Part shown: piece after piece, positions 1 to 11,825 of the stretch | Layout: each line of letters opens with the position of its first letter | Numbering within the stretch: position 1 is the first letter of the stretch | NCBI RefSeq assembly: GCF_044704955.1 | Contig: NC_091994.1 | Location: 744,001-808,000 of the forward strand | DNA length: 64,000 bases | From: Pristiophorus japonicus | Lineage: Eukaryota | Direction of reading: 5' to 3' | The notes under the pieces: generated by a model | What the model saw: the letters and a program-made list of their open reading frames with translations, nothing else | The model's database searches: none | What the model was told of the DNA's origin: nothing | Program-made: the position numbers and the translations under genes

Positions 1-287
1 TACTTACTGTTATAGAAGAGAAAAAAGAAAAACTACTCACCAATCACCAGCCAATCACTTACCCTCTTGGCTGTGATGTCACCTTTCTGTTTCTTTATAC
101 TTCTTTTTTGCCTTCTCCCTGTAGCTGCACAAGCCTCTCGCCGACCCCGGACTCACGCTGCTCCGAGTTCCCGCCTCCTCGACTGACTGCTCGAACTGCC
201 TGACTCCCGCTGGCCTTTATAGGCCTCTCGCCGACCCCGGACTCGCGCTGCTCCGAGCTCCCGCCTCCTCGACTGACTGCTCGAACT
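1..287 (-). mobile_element. CR1 LINE 5' UTR (element continues off the left edge)
   Basis: Closely similar to the 5' UTR of the full-length CR1 at 38160-38436 (aaaaactactcaccaatca...acttacc...ttggctgtga.gtcaccttt); 90-bp tandem duplication (133/223) containing a TATA-like motif. Confidence 0.75.
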
Positions 288-682
288 AAAGTATTTGCTC
301 AATTGGTCTGCCATTTCTTTGTTCCCCATTATAAATTCACCTGATTCTGACTGCAAGGGACCTACGTTTGTCTTCACTAATCTTTTCCTCTTCGTATATC
401 TATAGAAGCTTTTGCAATCAGTTTTTATGTTCCCAGCAAGCTTCCTCTCATACTCTATTTTCCCCCTCCTAATTAAACCCTTTGTCCTCCTCTGCTGAAT
501 TCAACATTTCTCCCAGCCCTCAGGTTTGCTGCTTTTTCTGGCCAATTTATATGCCTCTTCCTTGGATTTAACACAATCCCTATTTTCCCTTGTTAGCCAC
601 GGTTGAGCCACTTTCCCCGTTTTATTTTTACTCCCGACAGGGATGTATAATTGTTGAAGTTCATCCATGTGATCTTTAAATG
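288..682 (-). mobile_element. CR1 ORF2 internal fragment
   Basis: KTNVGPLQSESGEFIMGNKEMADQLSKYF matches the EN-RT linker of the CR1 at 35820-36200. Confidence 0.85.
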
Positions 683-968
683 TTGCACTTTATCAAGGAG
701 GCTTTGAGGGTGTCCTTGAAACGTTTCCTCTGCCCACCTGGGGCTCGTTTGCCGTGTCAAAGCTCCGAGTAGAGCGCTTGCTTTGGGAATCTCGTGTCGG
801 GCATGCGGACAATGTGGCCCGACCAACGGAGCTGATTGAGTGCGGTCAGTGCTTCGATGCTGGGGATGTTGGCCTGAGCGAGGACACTGACATTGGTGCA
901 TCTGTCCTGTCAATGGATTTACAGGATCTTGCGGAGCCAGCGTTGGTGGTATTTCTCCAGTGTTTTGA
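683..968 (-). mobile_element. RTE/BovB-like LINE fragment
   Basis: Reverse complement of the RTE ORF C-terminal region seen at 48480-48800. Confidence 0.75.
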
Positions 969-1840
969 GCGCTGCACTGTCGGAGGGGCAGTACTGAGGG
1001 AGTGCCGCACTGTTGGAGGGGCAGTACTGAGGGAGCGCTGCACTGTCGGAGGGGCAGTACTGAGGGAGTGCCGCACTGTCGGAGGGGCAGTACTGAGGGA
1101 GTGCCGCACTGACGGAGGGGCAGTACTGAGGGAGCGCTGCACTGTCGGAGGGGCAGTACTGAGGGAGTGCCGCACTGTCGGAGGGGCAGTACTGAGGGAG
1201 TGCCGCACTATCGGAGAGGCAGTACTGAGGGAGTGCCGCACTGTCGGAGAGGCAGTACTGAGGGAGTGCCGCACTGTTGGAGGGGCAGTACTGAGGGAGC
1301 GCTGCACTGTCGGAGAGGCAGTACTGAGGGAGCGCCGCACTGTTCGAGGGGCAGTACTCGAACTAATCTTTTTCGGAGGGGCAGTACTGAGGGAGCACTT
1401 CACTGTCGGAGGGGCAGTCCTGAGGCAGCGCTGCACTGTCGGAGGGGCAGTTCTGAGAGAGTGCTGCACTGTTCAAGGGGCAGTACTGAGGGAGGGCCGC
1501 ACTGTTCGAGGGACTGTACTGAGGGAGCGCTGCACAGTTGGAGGGGCAGTACTGAGGGAGTGCTGCAATGTCTGAGGGGCAGTACTAAGGGAGCGCCGCA
1601 CTGTCGGAGGGACAATACTGAGGGAGCACCGCACTGTCGGAGGGGCAATACTGAGGGAGCGCCGCACTGCCGGAGGGGCAGTACTGAGGGAGCACTGCAC
1701 TGTCGGAGGGGCAGTACTGAGGGAGATCCGCACTGTCGGAAGGGCAGTACTGAGGGAGCACTGCACTGTCGGAGGGGCAGTACTGAGGGAGCACTGCACT
1801 GTCGGAGGGGCAGTACTGAGGGAGCACTGCACTGTCGGAG
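967..1840 (+). repeat. 33-bp minisatellite expanded inside a DeuSINE
   Basis: About 26 units of cagtactgagggagtgccgcactgtcggagggg followed by SINE body (ccgtcttt...ggtggatgtaaaagatcc). Confidence 0.9.
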
Positions 1841-2199
1841 GGACCGTCTTTCATTTAAGGCATTAAATTGAAGCCCTGTCTGCCCTCTTAGGTGGATGTA
1901 AAAGATCCTATGGCACTATGAACTTCATCAGCAGGTTTCAGAGTCGGAGATGTGTACCGATGGTTCCTTTTTTCTATATGCTAAATGTGCATCCAATCTA
2001 TTGCAGCTTTGGAAAGGTGACTAGCTCCATCTTGTGGTGCGCTCTAGGGTTAACCAACACTAAACAGTGTTCCTGTGAGATCTGAATGGTGCACCTTTGC
2101 ATGGGTGTGCATGTGTATATTCACACGTATGTGGATATGCAAAGTATATATTGTATGTGTGAAAAAGAGCCAGGCTGTATTTGGGGCGGTGATTGTGGA

Positions 2200-2510
2200 C
2201 ATTAAACCGAGGCCCCGTCTGCTCTCTCAGGTGGATGTAAAAGATCCCACAGCACTATTTCGAAGAAGAGCAGGGGAGTTCTCCCCGGTGTCCTGGGGTC
2301 AATATTTATCCCTCAATCAACATCACTAAAACAGATTATCTACCCATTATCACAATGCTGTTTGTGGGAGCTTGCTGTGCACAAATTGGCTGCTGTGTTT
2401 CCCACATTACAACAGTGACTACACTCCAAACAGTATTTCCCTGGCTGTAAAACTCTTTGGGGCGTCCTGAGGCCATGTAAGGCGTTAAAGAAATTCAAGA
2501 CTTTCTTTCC
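2200..2510 (+). mobile_element. SacSINE1-like DeuSINE, 5'-truncated
   Basis: Deu core (ttaaaccgaggccccgtctg...cattgctgtttgtgggagcttgctgtg-like) and tttc tail. Confidence 0.75.
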
Positions 2511-2569
2511 TACTCCTTTTAAATCCACAAAAAAGCGTTTTAGAAGTTTGGAAGCCTTTTTTTTTTTGA

Positions 2570-2965
2570 CTGGCCTTCAGTCAAAAGATTGTGGCTTCAA
2601 GTTGCACTCTCTGAATTGTGGCCATGATCTGGGCTGACACTTCAGTGCAATACTGCAGGAGTGCTGAGGTGCCATCTTTTGGTGGAGCTGTTAAACCGAT
2701 GGCCTGTCAGTCTGGTGAAGTGGATGGAAAGGACCCCATGGCACTATTTAAAGAGCAGGAAGGTTCTCCCCGGCCATAATCGATTCCTCAATCACTGAAA
2801 GAAAAAGCGAATCACAGCTCTTTAACTTATTGCTGTTTGTGGGAGCTTGCTGTGCACAAAGAGGCTGATATGCTCGTCTCCTTAACAACAATTACTGTGT
2901 TTTTATTTATTGGGCGTGAGGTGCTTTAGGAAGTTTTGAGGAGGCATTAAGGCACTCTATAAATA
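2570..2965 (+). mobile_element. Diverged DeuSINE
   Basis: Degenerate tRNA-like head and Deu core similar to other copies in the window. Confidence 0.6.
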
Positions 2966-3035
2966 TATTCTTGTGCCTTTGATAAAATAGCTTTACTTTG
3001 CCATGCTTAACTGCAGAATAGAAGTATTCTATTAA

Positions 3036-3199
3036 TAAAAACTTCTATTTGCAATAATTTATTGCTGCGATGCTTCAATGCATATACATTTCTATTAAAA
3101 ATATTTAGTTTATTTAGATCCTCCCCCTAAATATTTTTAATAGAAATGTATATGCATTGAAGCATAGCAGCAATAAATTATTGCAAATAGAAATTTTTA
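3036..3199. repeat. AT-rich long inverted repeat, 73-bp arms, 18-nt spacer
   Basis: 3036-3108 is the reverse complement of 3127-3199 with 2 mismatches. Confidence 0.9.
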
Positions 3200-3240
3200 G
3201 TCTATCACTAATGTGCAGGAATGCAGGAGGGGAATGCGGC

Positions 3241-3341
3241 TGCGCAGCGCCTGGGGTGATTGACAGGGTCACGTGGAGGGCCCGGGAGCGACAATCCGCT
3301 TTACGGCGCTTCGCCCAAAGTGTCGCAAAGGGAAGGGCAGG
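3241..3341 (+). promoter_or_regulatory. NR2C2AP proximal promoter (CpG-rich)
   Basis: PBX-PREP/MEIS decamer TGATTGACAG 3257-3266 adjacent to E-box GTCACGTG 3268-3275, about 70-85 bp upstream of the ATG. Confidence 0.6.
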
Positions 3342-3379
3342 ATGGCGGGATCGGTGATTTGTGGGGAAACCGGGAGCAG
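3342..3379 (+). CDS. NR2C2AP: NR2C2AP (TRA16) coding exon 1
   Basis: MAGSVICGETGS(R) aligns with human MTHSLVCPETVSR; good Kozak (aggATGG); donor AG|GTGATG, phase 2. Full CDS join(3342..3379,5650..5740,11826..11931,15459..15526,16658..16780)=426 nt, 141 aa. Confidence 0.88.
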
Positions 3380-3690
3380 GTGATGGGGGAGGGGAGAGAG
3401 TGGGGTACCAGGGGAGAGGGGGAATGGGGTACCAGGGGGGCGGGGGAGAGTGGGGGGAGGGGAGGGGAGAGAGTGGGGGGAGGGGAGAGAGTGGGGGGAG
3501 GGGAGAGAGTGGGGGGCGGGGAGAGAGTGGGGGGAGGGGGTACCGGGGGGGAATGGGGTACCGGGGGGGCGGGGGCACCGGGGGGGGAATGGGGTACCAG
3601 GGGGGCGGGGGGAGGGGCTACCGGGGAGGCGGGGTGACGGGAGAGAGTGATGGGGGGGAGGGGGGTTCAGGGATAATGGAGGGCGGGTTT
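3380..3690 (+). repeat. G-rich low-complexity/18-bp tandem repeats at the start of NR2C2AP intron 1
   Basis: gggggaggggagagagtg and ggggtaccagggggg units. Confidence 0.8.
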
Positions 3691-3719
3691 GGGACAAAAA
3701 CCCCGTCTGAGGGATATCT

Positions 3720-5400
3720 GTGCTATGGGGAGGGGTCCGTGCGGTTGCTATGGGGAGGGGTCCGTGCGGTTGCTATGGGGAGGGGTCCGTGCGGTTGCTA
3801 TGGGGAGGGGTCCGTGCGGTTGCTATGGGGAGGGGTCCATGCGGTTGCTATGGGGAGGGGTCCATGCGGTTGCTATGGGGAGGGGTCCATGCGGTTGCTA
3901 TGGGGAGGGGTCCATGCGGTTGCTATGGGGAGGGGTCCATGCGGTTGCTATGGGGAGGGGTCCATGCGGTTGCTATGGGGAGGGGTCCATGCGGTTGCTA
4001 TGGGGAGGGGTCCATGCGGTTGCTATGGGGAGGGGTCCATGCGGTTGCTATGGGGAGGGGTCCATGCGGTTGCTATGGGGAGGGGTCCGTGCTGTTGCTA
4101 TGGGGAGGGGTCCATGCGGTTGCTATGGGGAGGGGTCCATGCGGTTGCTATGGGGAGGGGTCCGTGCTGTTGCTATGGGGAGGGGTCCGTGCTGTTGCTA
4201 TGGGGAGGGGTCCGTGCTGTTGCTATGGGGAGGGGTCCATGCGGTTGCTATGGGGAGGGGTCCATGCGGTTGCTATGGGGAGGGGTCCATGCGGTTGCTA
4301 TGGGGAGGGGTCCATGCGGTTGCTATGGGGAGGGGTCCATGCGGTTGCTATGGGGAGGGGTCCATGCGGTTGCTATGGGGAGGGGTCCATGCGGTTGCTA
4401 TGGGGAGGGATCCGTGCTGTTGCTATGGGGAGGGGTCCATGCGGTTGCTATGGGGAGGGGTCCATGCGGTTGCTATGGGGAGGGGTCCATGCGATTGCTA
4501 TGGGGAGGGGTCCGTGCTGTTGCTATGGGGAGGGGTCCATGCGGTTGCTATGGGGAGGGGTCCGTGCTGTTGCTATGGGGAGGGGTCCATGCGGTTGCTA
4601 TGGGGAGGGGTCCATGCGGTTGCTATGGGGAGGGGTCCGTGCTGTTGCTATGGGGAGGGGTCCATGCGGTTGCTATGGGGAGGGGTCCATGCGGTTGCTA
4701 TGGGGAGGGGTCCATGCGGTTGCTATGGGGAGGGGTCCATGCGGTTGCTATGGGGAGGGGTCCGTGCTGTTGCTATGGGGAGGGGTCCATGCGGTTGCTA
4801 TGGGGAGGGGTCCATGCGGTTGCTATGGGGAGGGGTCCATGCGGTTGCTATGGGGAGGAGTCCATGCGGTTGCTATGGGGAGGAGTCCATGCGGTTGCTA
4901 TGGGGAGGGGTCCATGCGGTTGCTATGGGGAGGGGTCCATGCGGTTGCTATGGGGAGGGGTCCATGCGGTTGCTATGGGGAGGGGTCCATGCGGTTGCTA
5001 TGGGGAGGGGTCCATGCGGTTGCTATGGGGAGGGGTCCGTGCTGTTGCTATGGGGAGGGGTCCATGCGGTTGCTATGGGGAGGGGTCCATGCGGTTGCTA
5101 TGGGGAGGGGTCCATGCGGTTGCTATGGGGAGGGGTCCGTGCTGTTGCTATGGGGAGGGGTCCATGCGGTTGCTATGGGGAGGGGTCCATGCGGTTGCTA
5201 TGGGGAGGGGTCCATGCGGTTGCTATGGGGAGGGGTCCATGCGGTTGCTATGGGGAGGGGTCCGTGCTGTTATGGGGTGGTCCATGCTGTTGGTATGGGG
5301 AGGGGTCCATGTGGTTGCTATGGGGAGGGGGTCCATGTGGTTGCTATGAGGAGGCGTCCGTGCTGTTGCTATGGGGAGGGGTCCGTGCTGTTGCTATGGG
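3720..5400 (+). repeat. 25-bp G-rich minisatellite (about 67 units)
   Basis: Unit tgctatggggaggggtccatgcggt with variants ccgtgcggt and ccgtgctgt. Confidence 0.95.
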
Positions 5401-5649
5401 TGATGGGGGCTGATCATGCACAGTGTGTATAAACAGATTACCTGGTCATTATCACATTGCTGTGTGTGGGATCTTGCTGTGCCCAAATTGGTTCCTGTGT
5501 TTCCCACATTACAACAGTGACCACACTCCAAAAGTACTTCATTGACTGTAAAGTGCATTGGGACGTCCTGAGATCGTGCAAGGCGCTATAGAAATGCAAG
5601 TTCTTTTCTGATCATGTTGTCAAGCCTGTGTTCCATTCTTTCTTCACAG

Positions 5650-5740
5650 GGTGAGTTCTGTCCTGAACCGTGATGTGAAGCTATTTGGAAAGAAGTTCTT
5701 GTTTGACCGAAATGAGGAGACCTGCTGGAACTCTGACCAG
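5650..5740 (+). CDS. NR2C2AP: NR2C2AP coding exon 2
   Basis: cacag|G...VSSVLNRDVKLFGKKFLFDRNEETCWNSDQ|gtaata; matches human VSSVLNRNTRQFGKKHLFDQDEETCWNSDQ. Confidence 0.95.
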
Positions 5741-6174
5741 GTAATAACTTGGACAGACTGGGAAGAGATGGGATCGAGGGAGCTGTTTTACATTGCCTCG
5801 CTGTTGATAGTTAACTTCAAAGAAAAGACAAAATGGTTTGCATTTATCATGGAATCATAGAAATTTACAGCACGAAAGGTGGCCATTTCGGCCGACAAAG
5901 AGCTACCCAGCCTAATCCCACTTTCCAGCTCTAGGTCTGTAGGTTACAGCACTTTGTGCACATCCAAGCATTTTTAAAATGTGAGGGTTTCTACCTCTCC
6001 CACCCTTTCAGGCAGTGAGTTCCAGACCCCCACAACTCTCTGGGCAAAAAGGTTCCCCTCAAATCCCTTCTAAACCTCCTACCAATTACTTTAAATCTAT
6101 GACCCTGGTTCTTGACCCCTGGATGGGTCAGTCCTGTTCCATCCTCTCCTGACCGCGTTGTCTCCTTTCACACA

Positions 6175-6540
6175 ACACAAAAGCAAAATACTGCGGAGGC
6201 TGGAATCTGGAATAAAAACACAAAATGCTCGAAACACTCAGCAGGTCGGGCAGCATCTGTGGATAGAGAAACTATAGAGTTAACGTTTCAGGTCTGTGAC
6301 CCTTCGTCAGAACTGGAAAAAGTTAGAAATTTAACAGGTTTTTAAGCATGTGTTGGGTCAGGGAAAGTGGGGGTGGGAGGGGGGAGGAGGAAAGAGCAGA
6401 AGGGAAGGTATGTGATCGGGTGGAAGGCAGGAGAGATTAGGGAGATGGGATTATGGTGCAAGGCAAAAGGAGATGGTAATGGGACAAGTTAAGAAACAAG
6501 ATGAGTCTGGAGAGGGTGTAAATGGAGATGGCAGTTCTCT
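6175..6540 (-). mobile_element. Penelope-like element terminal fragment
   Basis: Characteristic end containing a minimal hammerhead motif; related fragment at about 23910-24190. Confidence 0.55.
6278..6314 (-). ncRNA. Minimal type I hammerhead ribozyme-like motif (PLE type)
   Basis: Minus strand AGTT-CTGACGA-A-GGGTC-ACA-GACCT-GAAAC-GTT-AACT: core CUGANGA/GAAA, stem I AGUU/AACU, stem II, palindromic AACGUU stem III. Confidence 0.55.
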
Positions 6541-6904
6541 TGGTCAGATGCAGTTCCACATACCTTGTACATGAGGCTATTCTGTGATCATAAGCAGTGT
6601 ATTTGAGTGTTCGGAGACGACGTATCCTTGTCTGATATCCATTTTGCAGCAGGGATCAATGAATTACGATTGTGAGCAGGGACTTTGGCTGTTTTTTCCC
6701 TGACCCGGCAGTGTGGAGCCAAATTATCCCTCGGATCAAACCTGCGAGCTCCCTGCTATCGGAAGAACTAAAGCGAATCTTTATGATGCTGGTTTTTATT
6801 CCGAATGTATCACTCACTCCTGATTTCTCCTTCCCCTTTTATTTGTATGTCCCATGCGACACATCTCCTCGGCGCAGAGAATGATGAAGGGAGATTTAAT
6901 AAAG

Positions 6905-7177
6905 GTGTTCGCCCATTTAAGACAGAGTTGAGGAGGAATTTCTTCTCTCAGAGGGTCGTGAATCTTTGGAATTCTCTGCCCCTGAGAGCTGTGGAGGCTG
7001 GGTCATTGAATATATTTAAGGTGGAGATAGACAGATTTTTGAACTATAGGTGTCAAGGATTATGGGGAGCGGGCAGGGAAGTGGAGTTGAGTCCAAGATC
7101 AGATCAGCTATGATATTGAATGGCGGAGCAGGCTCAAGGGGCCAAATGGCTGACTCCTGCTCCTATTTCTTATGTTC
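6905..7177 (+). mobile_element. CR1 3' fragment
   Basis: FKTELRRNFFSQRVVNLWNSLP and ttcttatgttc tail. Confidence 0.85.
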
Positions 7178-7207
7178 AAAATGATATGGGGTTCTGGTCG
7201 AGTAAAT

Positions 7208-7818
7208 CATCATCATCATCATCATAGGCAGTCCCTCGGAATCGAGGAAGACTCGCTTCCACTCTAAAAATGAGTTCTCAGGTGACTGAACAGTCCAATA
7301 CGGGAATTACAGTCTCTGTCACAGGTGGGACAGACAGTGGTTGGAGGAAAGGGAGGGTGGGACTGGTTTGCTGCACGCTCCTTCCGCTGCCTGCGCTTGG
7401 TTTCTGCATACTCTCGGTAACAAGACTCGAGGTGCTCAGCGCCCTCCCGGATGCACTTCCTCCACTTAGGGCGGTCTTTGGCCAGGGACTCCCAGGTGTC
7501 GGTGGGGATGTTGCACTTTATCAGGGAGGCTTTGAGGGTGTCCTTGTAACGTTTCCTCTGCCCACCTGAGGCTCACTTGCCGAGTAGGAGTTCCGATTAG
7601 AGCGCTTGCTTTGGGAGTTTGTGTCGGGCATGCGGACAATGTGGCCGCCCAGCGGAGCTGGTCGAGTGTGGTCAGTGCTTCGATGCTGGGGATGTTGGCC
7701 TGATCGAGGACGCCTGAGGAAGAGAGTGTTCGAAGATCAGGCCCTCAAATCTGGCACCAAGCTTATAGTCTACAGGACGGTAGTAATACCCGCCCTCCTG
7801 TATGGCTCAGAGACAGCA
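7208..7818 (-). mobile_element. RTE/BovB-like LINE 3' end with inverted 5' segment
   Basis: (cat)n tail at 7208; 7713-7814 is sense-orientation RLRKRVFEDQALKSGTKLIVYRTVVIPALLYGSET; TSD gagtaaat 7200-7207/7819-7826. Confidence 0.8.
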
Positions 7819-8394
7819 GAGTAAATAGGGATTAACGGTTTCCAGGGGCAGGAGGGTCGGTAACCAGAGGGCACAGATTAAAAATGATTGGCAAAAAAGC
7901 CGGAGTGGGATGAGATTTTTTTTAACAAAATGAATTTTAACCCAGAATGCGCTGCCTGAAAGAGCGGTGGGAGCAGATTCAATAGTAACTTTCAAACGGG
8001 AATTGGATCCCTACTTAAAAAGGAAACATTTGCAGAGCTATGGGAAAAGCTCAGATCATCTAAATGGCCGATTCCTGCTCCTAATTCTTATGCTCTTATG
8101 TTCGAAAAGCACAGCGGGTGTGGGTCTAAATGGATGGCTCTGTCACACAGGCACGATGGGCCGAATGGCCTCCTTCTCTGCTCTGACTCTCCTGCCAATG
8201 ACCGGAATCTGCGCAGAAGCACACTGCACATTCATCTGGAACCCGAAGATTCTTTTTTTTCCCCACACTGAGCATTTATCCCCCGCAACCCGCTCCCCCC
8301 AACCCAGTCCCCTCCCCCCCACCCCCCCCCCATGACAAACCGGCAGCACACATGCGCAGTCTGCTTCCTGTTTGTTGGCAGCAGTCGCATCCAT

Positions 8395-10697
8395 AATATT
8401 GGTCTCCGTATTTAAGGAGGGATATACTTGCAATGGAGGCAGTTCAGAGAAGGTTCACTCGGTCGATACCTGGGATGAAGGGATTGTCTTATGAGGAAAG
8501 GTTGAGCAGGTTGGGCCTATACTCATTGGAGTTTAGAAGAATGAGAGGTGATCTTATTGAAACATATAAGATTCTGAGGGGGCTTGACAGGGTAGATGCA
8601 GAGAGGATGTTTCCTGTCATGGGGGAATCTAGAACTAGGGAGCATAGTCTCAGAATAAGGGGCCGCCCGTTTAAGAAGGAGATGAGGAGGAATTTCTTTG
8701 AGGGTCATAAATCTTTGGAATTCTCTGCCCCAGAGAGCTGTGGAGGCTGGGTCATTGAATATATTCAAGGTGGAGATAGACAGATTATTGAACAATAGGG
8801 GAGTCAAGGGTTATGGGGAGCGGGCGGGGAAGTGGAGTTGAGGCCAAGATCAGATCAGCCATGATCTTATTGAGTAGCGGAGAAGGCTCAAGGAGCCGAA
8901 TGGCCGACTCCTGCTCCTATTTCTTATGAAACATAGAAACATAGAAAATAGGTGCAGGAGTAGGCCATTCGGCCCTTCGATCCTGCACCACCATTCAATG
9001 TGATCATGGCTGATCATGCAACTTCAGTACCCCATTCCTGTTTTCTCTCCATACCCCTTGATCCCTTTAGCCATAAGGGTCACATCTAACTCCCACTTGA
9101 ATATATTTAGTGAATTGGCCTCAACAACTTTCTGTGGTAGAGAATTCCACAGGTTCACAATTCTCTGAGTGAAGAAGTTTCTCCTCATCTCAGTCCTAAA
9201 TGGCTTATCCCTTATCCTTAGACTGTGACCCCTGGTTCTGGACTTCCCCAATATCGGGAACATTCTTCCTGCATCTAACTTGTCCAATCCCGTCAGTATT
9301 TTACGTGTTTCTATGAGATCCCCTCTCATTCTTCTAAATTCCAGTGAATACAGGCCCAGTCAATCCATATGTCAATCCTGCCATCCTGGGAATCAGTCTG
9401 ATGAACCTTCGCTGCACTCCCTCAATAGCAAGAACGTCCTTCCTCAGGTTAGGAGACCAAAACTGCACACAATACTTCAGGTGAGGCTTCACCAAGGCCC
9501 TGTACAACTGCAGTTATGAGGGGCCTGGATAGAATGGACAGTAAGAACCTGTTTCCCTTAGCAGAGGGGTCAATAACCAGGGGGTGGAGATTTAAAGTAA
9601 TTTTTAGAAGGTTTAGAGGGGAGTTGAGGAGAACTTTCTTCACCCAGAGGGTGGTGGGGGTCTGGAACTCAGGCCTGAAAGGGTGGTTGAAGCAGAAACC
9701 CTCACCACATTTAAAAAGTACTTGGATGTGACCTTGAAGTGCCGTAACCCACAGGGCTACGGATCGAGAGCTGGAATGTGGGATTAGGCTGGGTAGCTCT
9801 TTGTCGGCCGGCACGGATACGATGGGCCGAATGGCCTCCTTCTGTGCAATAAATTACTGTGACTCCTGAGCTTCATCAGTGCAACTCCCATGGCGGCCAC
9901 CGAGAGGCGCAAGAGAGCAGCTAAGCTTTGACCAACTTCAGACCTTAACTAAAGGACGCAAATCCTTCACTTTGTCAATTGCGACACTGTCACTAAAATA
10001 ATAGAGAATGCTGATTGTCTGTAAAGAGAAAAGACGGTTTGATGTTTTGGAGGGTGCAAGACTTCCTCAGAATTGAAAACTGAAAGATAAATAACAGGAA
10101 CACAACATTCTTCTAAGTCTCTTGAGCAAATTGTTGTGATCAAACAGCAGATATATATTCCAAGTCGGGAAATGTATTCCTCCTTCTGGTGATCTGGGGT
10201 CCTTGTACATGAAACACAAACCGTTAGCATGCAGGAAAGCAAATAGAATGTTGGCCTTTATTGCAAGGGGGATAGAGTATAAAAGCAGAGAAGTCCTGCT
10301 ACAACTGTACAGGGTATTGGTCTCCGTATTTAAGGAAGGATATACTTGTATTGGAGACTATTCAGAGAAGGTTCACTTGGTTGATTCCTGGGATGAAGGG
10401 GGTTGTCTTTTGAGGAAAGGTTGGGCCTGTACTCATTGGAGTTTAGAAGAATGAGAGGTGATCTTATCGAAACATATAAGATTCTGAGGGGGCTCGACAA
10501 GGTAAATTCTGAGAGGATGTTTCCCCTCATGGGGTAATCTAGAATTAGGGGGCATAGTTTCAGAATAAGGGGTCGCCGATTTAATTTTTGAATGATAAGG
10601 GAGTCGAGGGCTTATGGGGAGCGGGCAGGGAAGTGGAATTGAGGCCAAGACCAGATCTTATTGAATGGCCTCCTCCTGTTCCTATTTCTTATGTTCT
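8395..10697. mobile_element. Cluster of CR1 3' fragments (8395-8928 +, 8928-9513 -, 9514-9860 +, 10190-10697 +)
   Basis: CR1 ORF2 C-terminal motifs (EAVQRRFTR, LEFRRMRGDLIE, WNSLP) and ttcttatg/tttctatg tails. Confidence 0.85.
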
Positions 10698-10909
10698 TCC
10701 TCCCTGTCTCCCTCCCCCGAATCCTAGCTGCACCAATGTTCTGTAGCTCAACTGGCCAACCGACAGCTCGAACAGCCTTGGCTCAATGGGTAGCATGCAC
10801 GCCTCTCATAGAATCTCAGAATGATTACGGCACAGAAGGCCATTCGGCCCATCGAACCTGTGCCAGATACAAAAGTTGATCTTGCTGCTAGCAAAGAATG
10901 TCAGAAGAA

Positions 10910-11630
10910 AGACTGACTTGCATTTATATAGCACCTTTCACGACCACTGGACGTCTCAAGGCGCTTCACAGCCAATGAAGTACTTTTGAAGTGTAGTCAC
11001 TGTTGTAATGTAGGAAATGCAGCAGCCACTTTGTGCACAGCAAGCTCCCACACACAGCAATGTGATAATGACTGGATAATCTGTTTTAGTGATGTTGATT
11101 GAGGGATAAATATTGGCCCCAGGACACCGGGGAGAACTCCCCTGCTCTTCTTCGAAATAGTGCCCTGGGATTTTTTATGTCCACCCAAGCGGGCAGACGA
11201 GGCCTTGAGCCCACAACCTTCTGACCCAGAGGCGAGCGTGCTATCAATTGAGCCACGGCTGACCCTACAGGTCATGGGTTCAAGTCCCACTCTGGAGACT
11301 GGAGTAGAAAATCTAGCCTGATACTGCACTGTGGGAGGTGCTGTCCTTCGGTTGGGACGTTAAACCGAGGCCCCGTCTGCTCTCAGGTGGACGTTAAAGA
11401 TCCCACAGCACTATTGGAAGAATAATGTCCTGTCCAACATCTATTATTCAACCAATATAACAAAAACAGATTCTCTGGTCATTCAGATTGCCGTTTGTGG
11501 GAGCTTGCTGTGCGCAAATTAACTGCCACGTTTCCTACATTACAACACTTCAAAAATACGTTATTGGCCGTGAAGTGCTTTGGGAGGTCCTGAAGACATG
11601 AAAGGCGCTATATGCAAGTCTTTCTTTAAC
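10910..11630. mobile_element. Two head-to-head DeuSINEs (10910-11260 -, 11270-11630 +)
   Basis: tRNA-like heads with B-box ggttcaagtcc and Deu cores in opposite orientation. Confidence 0.75.
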
Positions 11631-11825
11631 TGATGTGTTCTTTACCAGCTCTGAATCATTCCCTTATCTTGCTCTTTCAGAATCTAACTGACCTGCTGTG
11701 CATGTTTGTTTTTTTATTACCAGGGTGTGAGTGAGTGTGTGAGTGATTGAGTGTGTTTTCGCCCATAGCCTGCGTTTCTATGTACTTACCATGATCCTTA
11801 CTGTGTTTTCCTCCCCACATTTCAG

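Noticed and set aside
3361-5432. 570-662 aa Gly/Cys-rich ORFs in three frames
   Set aside because: Translation of a stop-free 25-bp minisatellite inside NR2C2AP intron 1; the same peptide appears in every frame.
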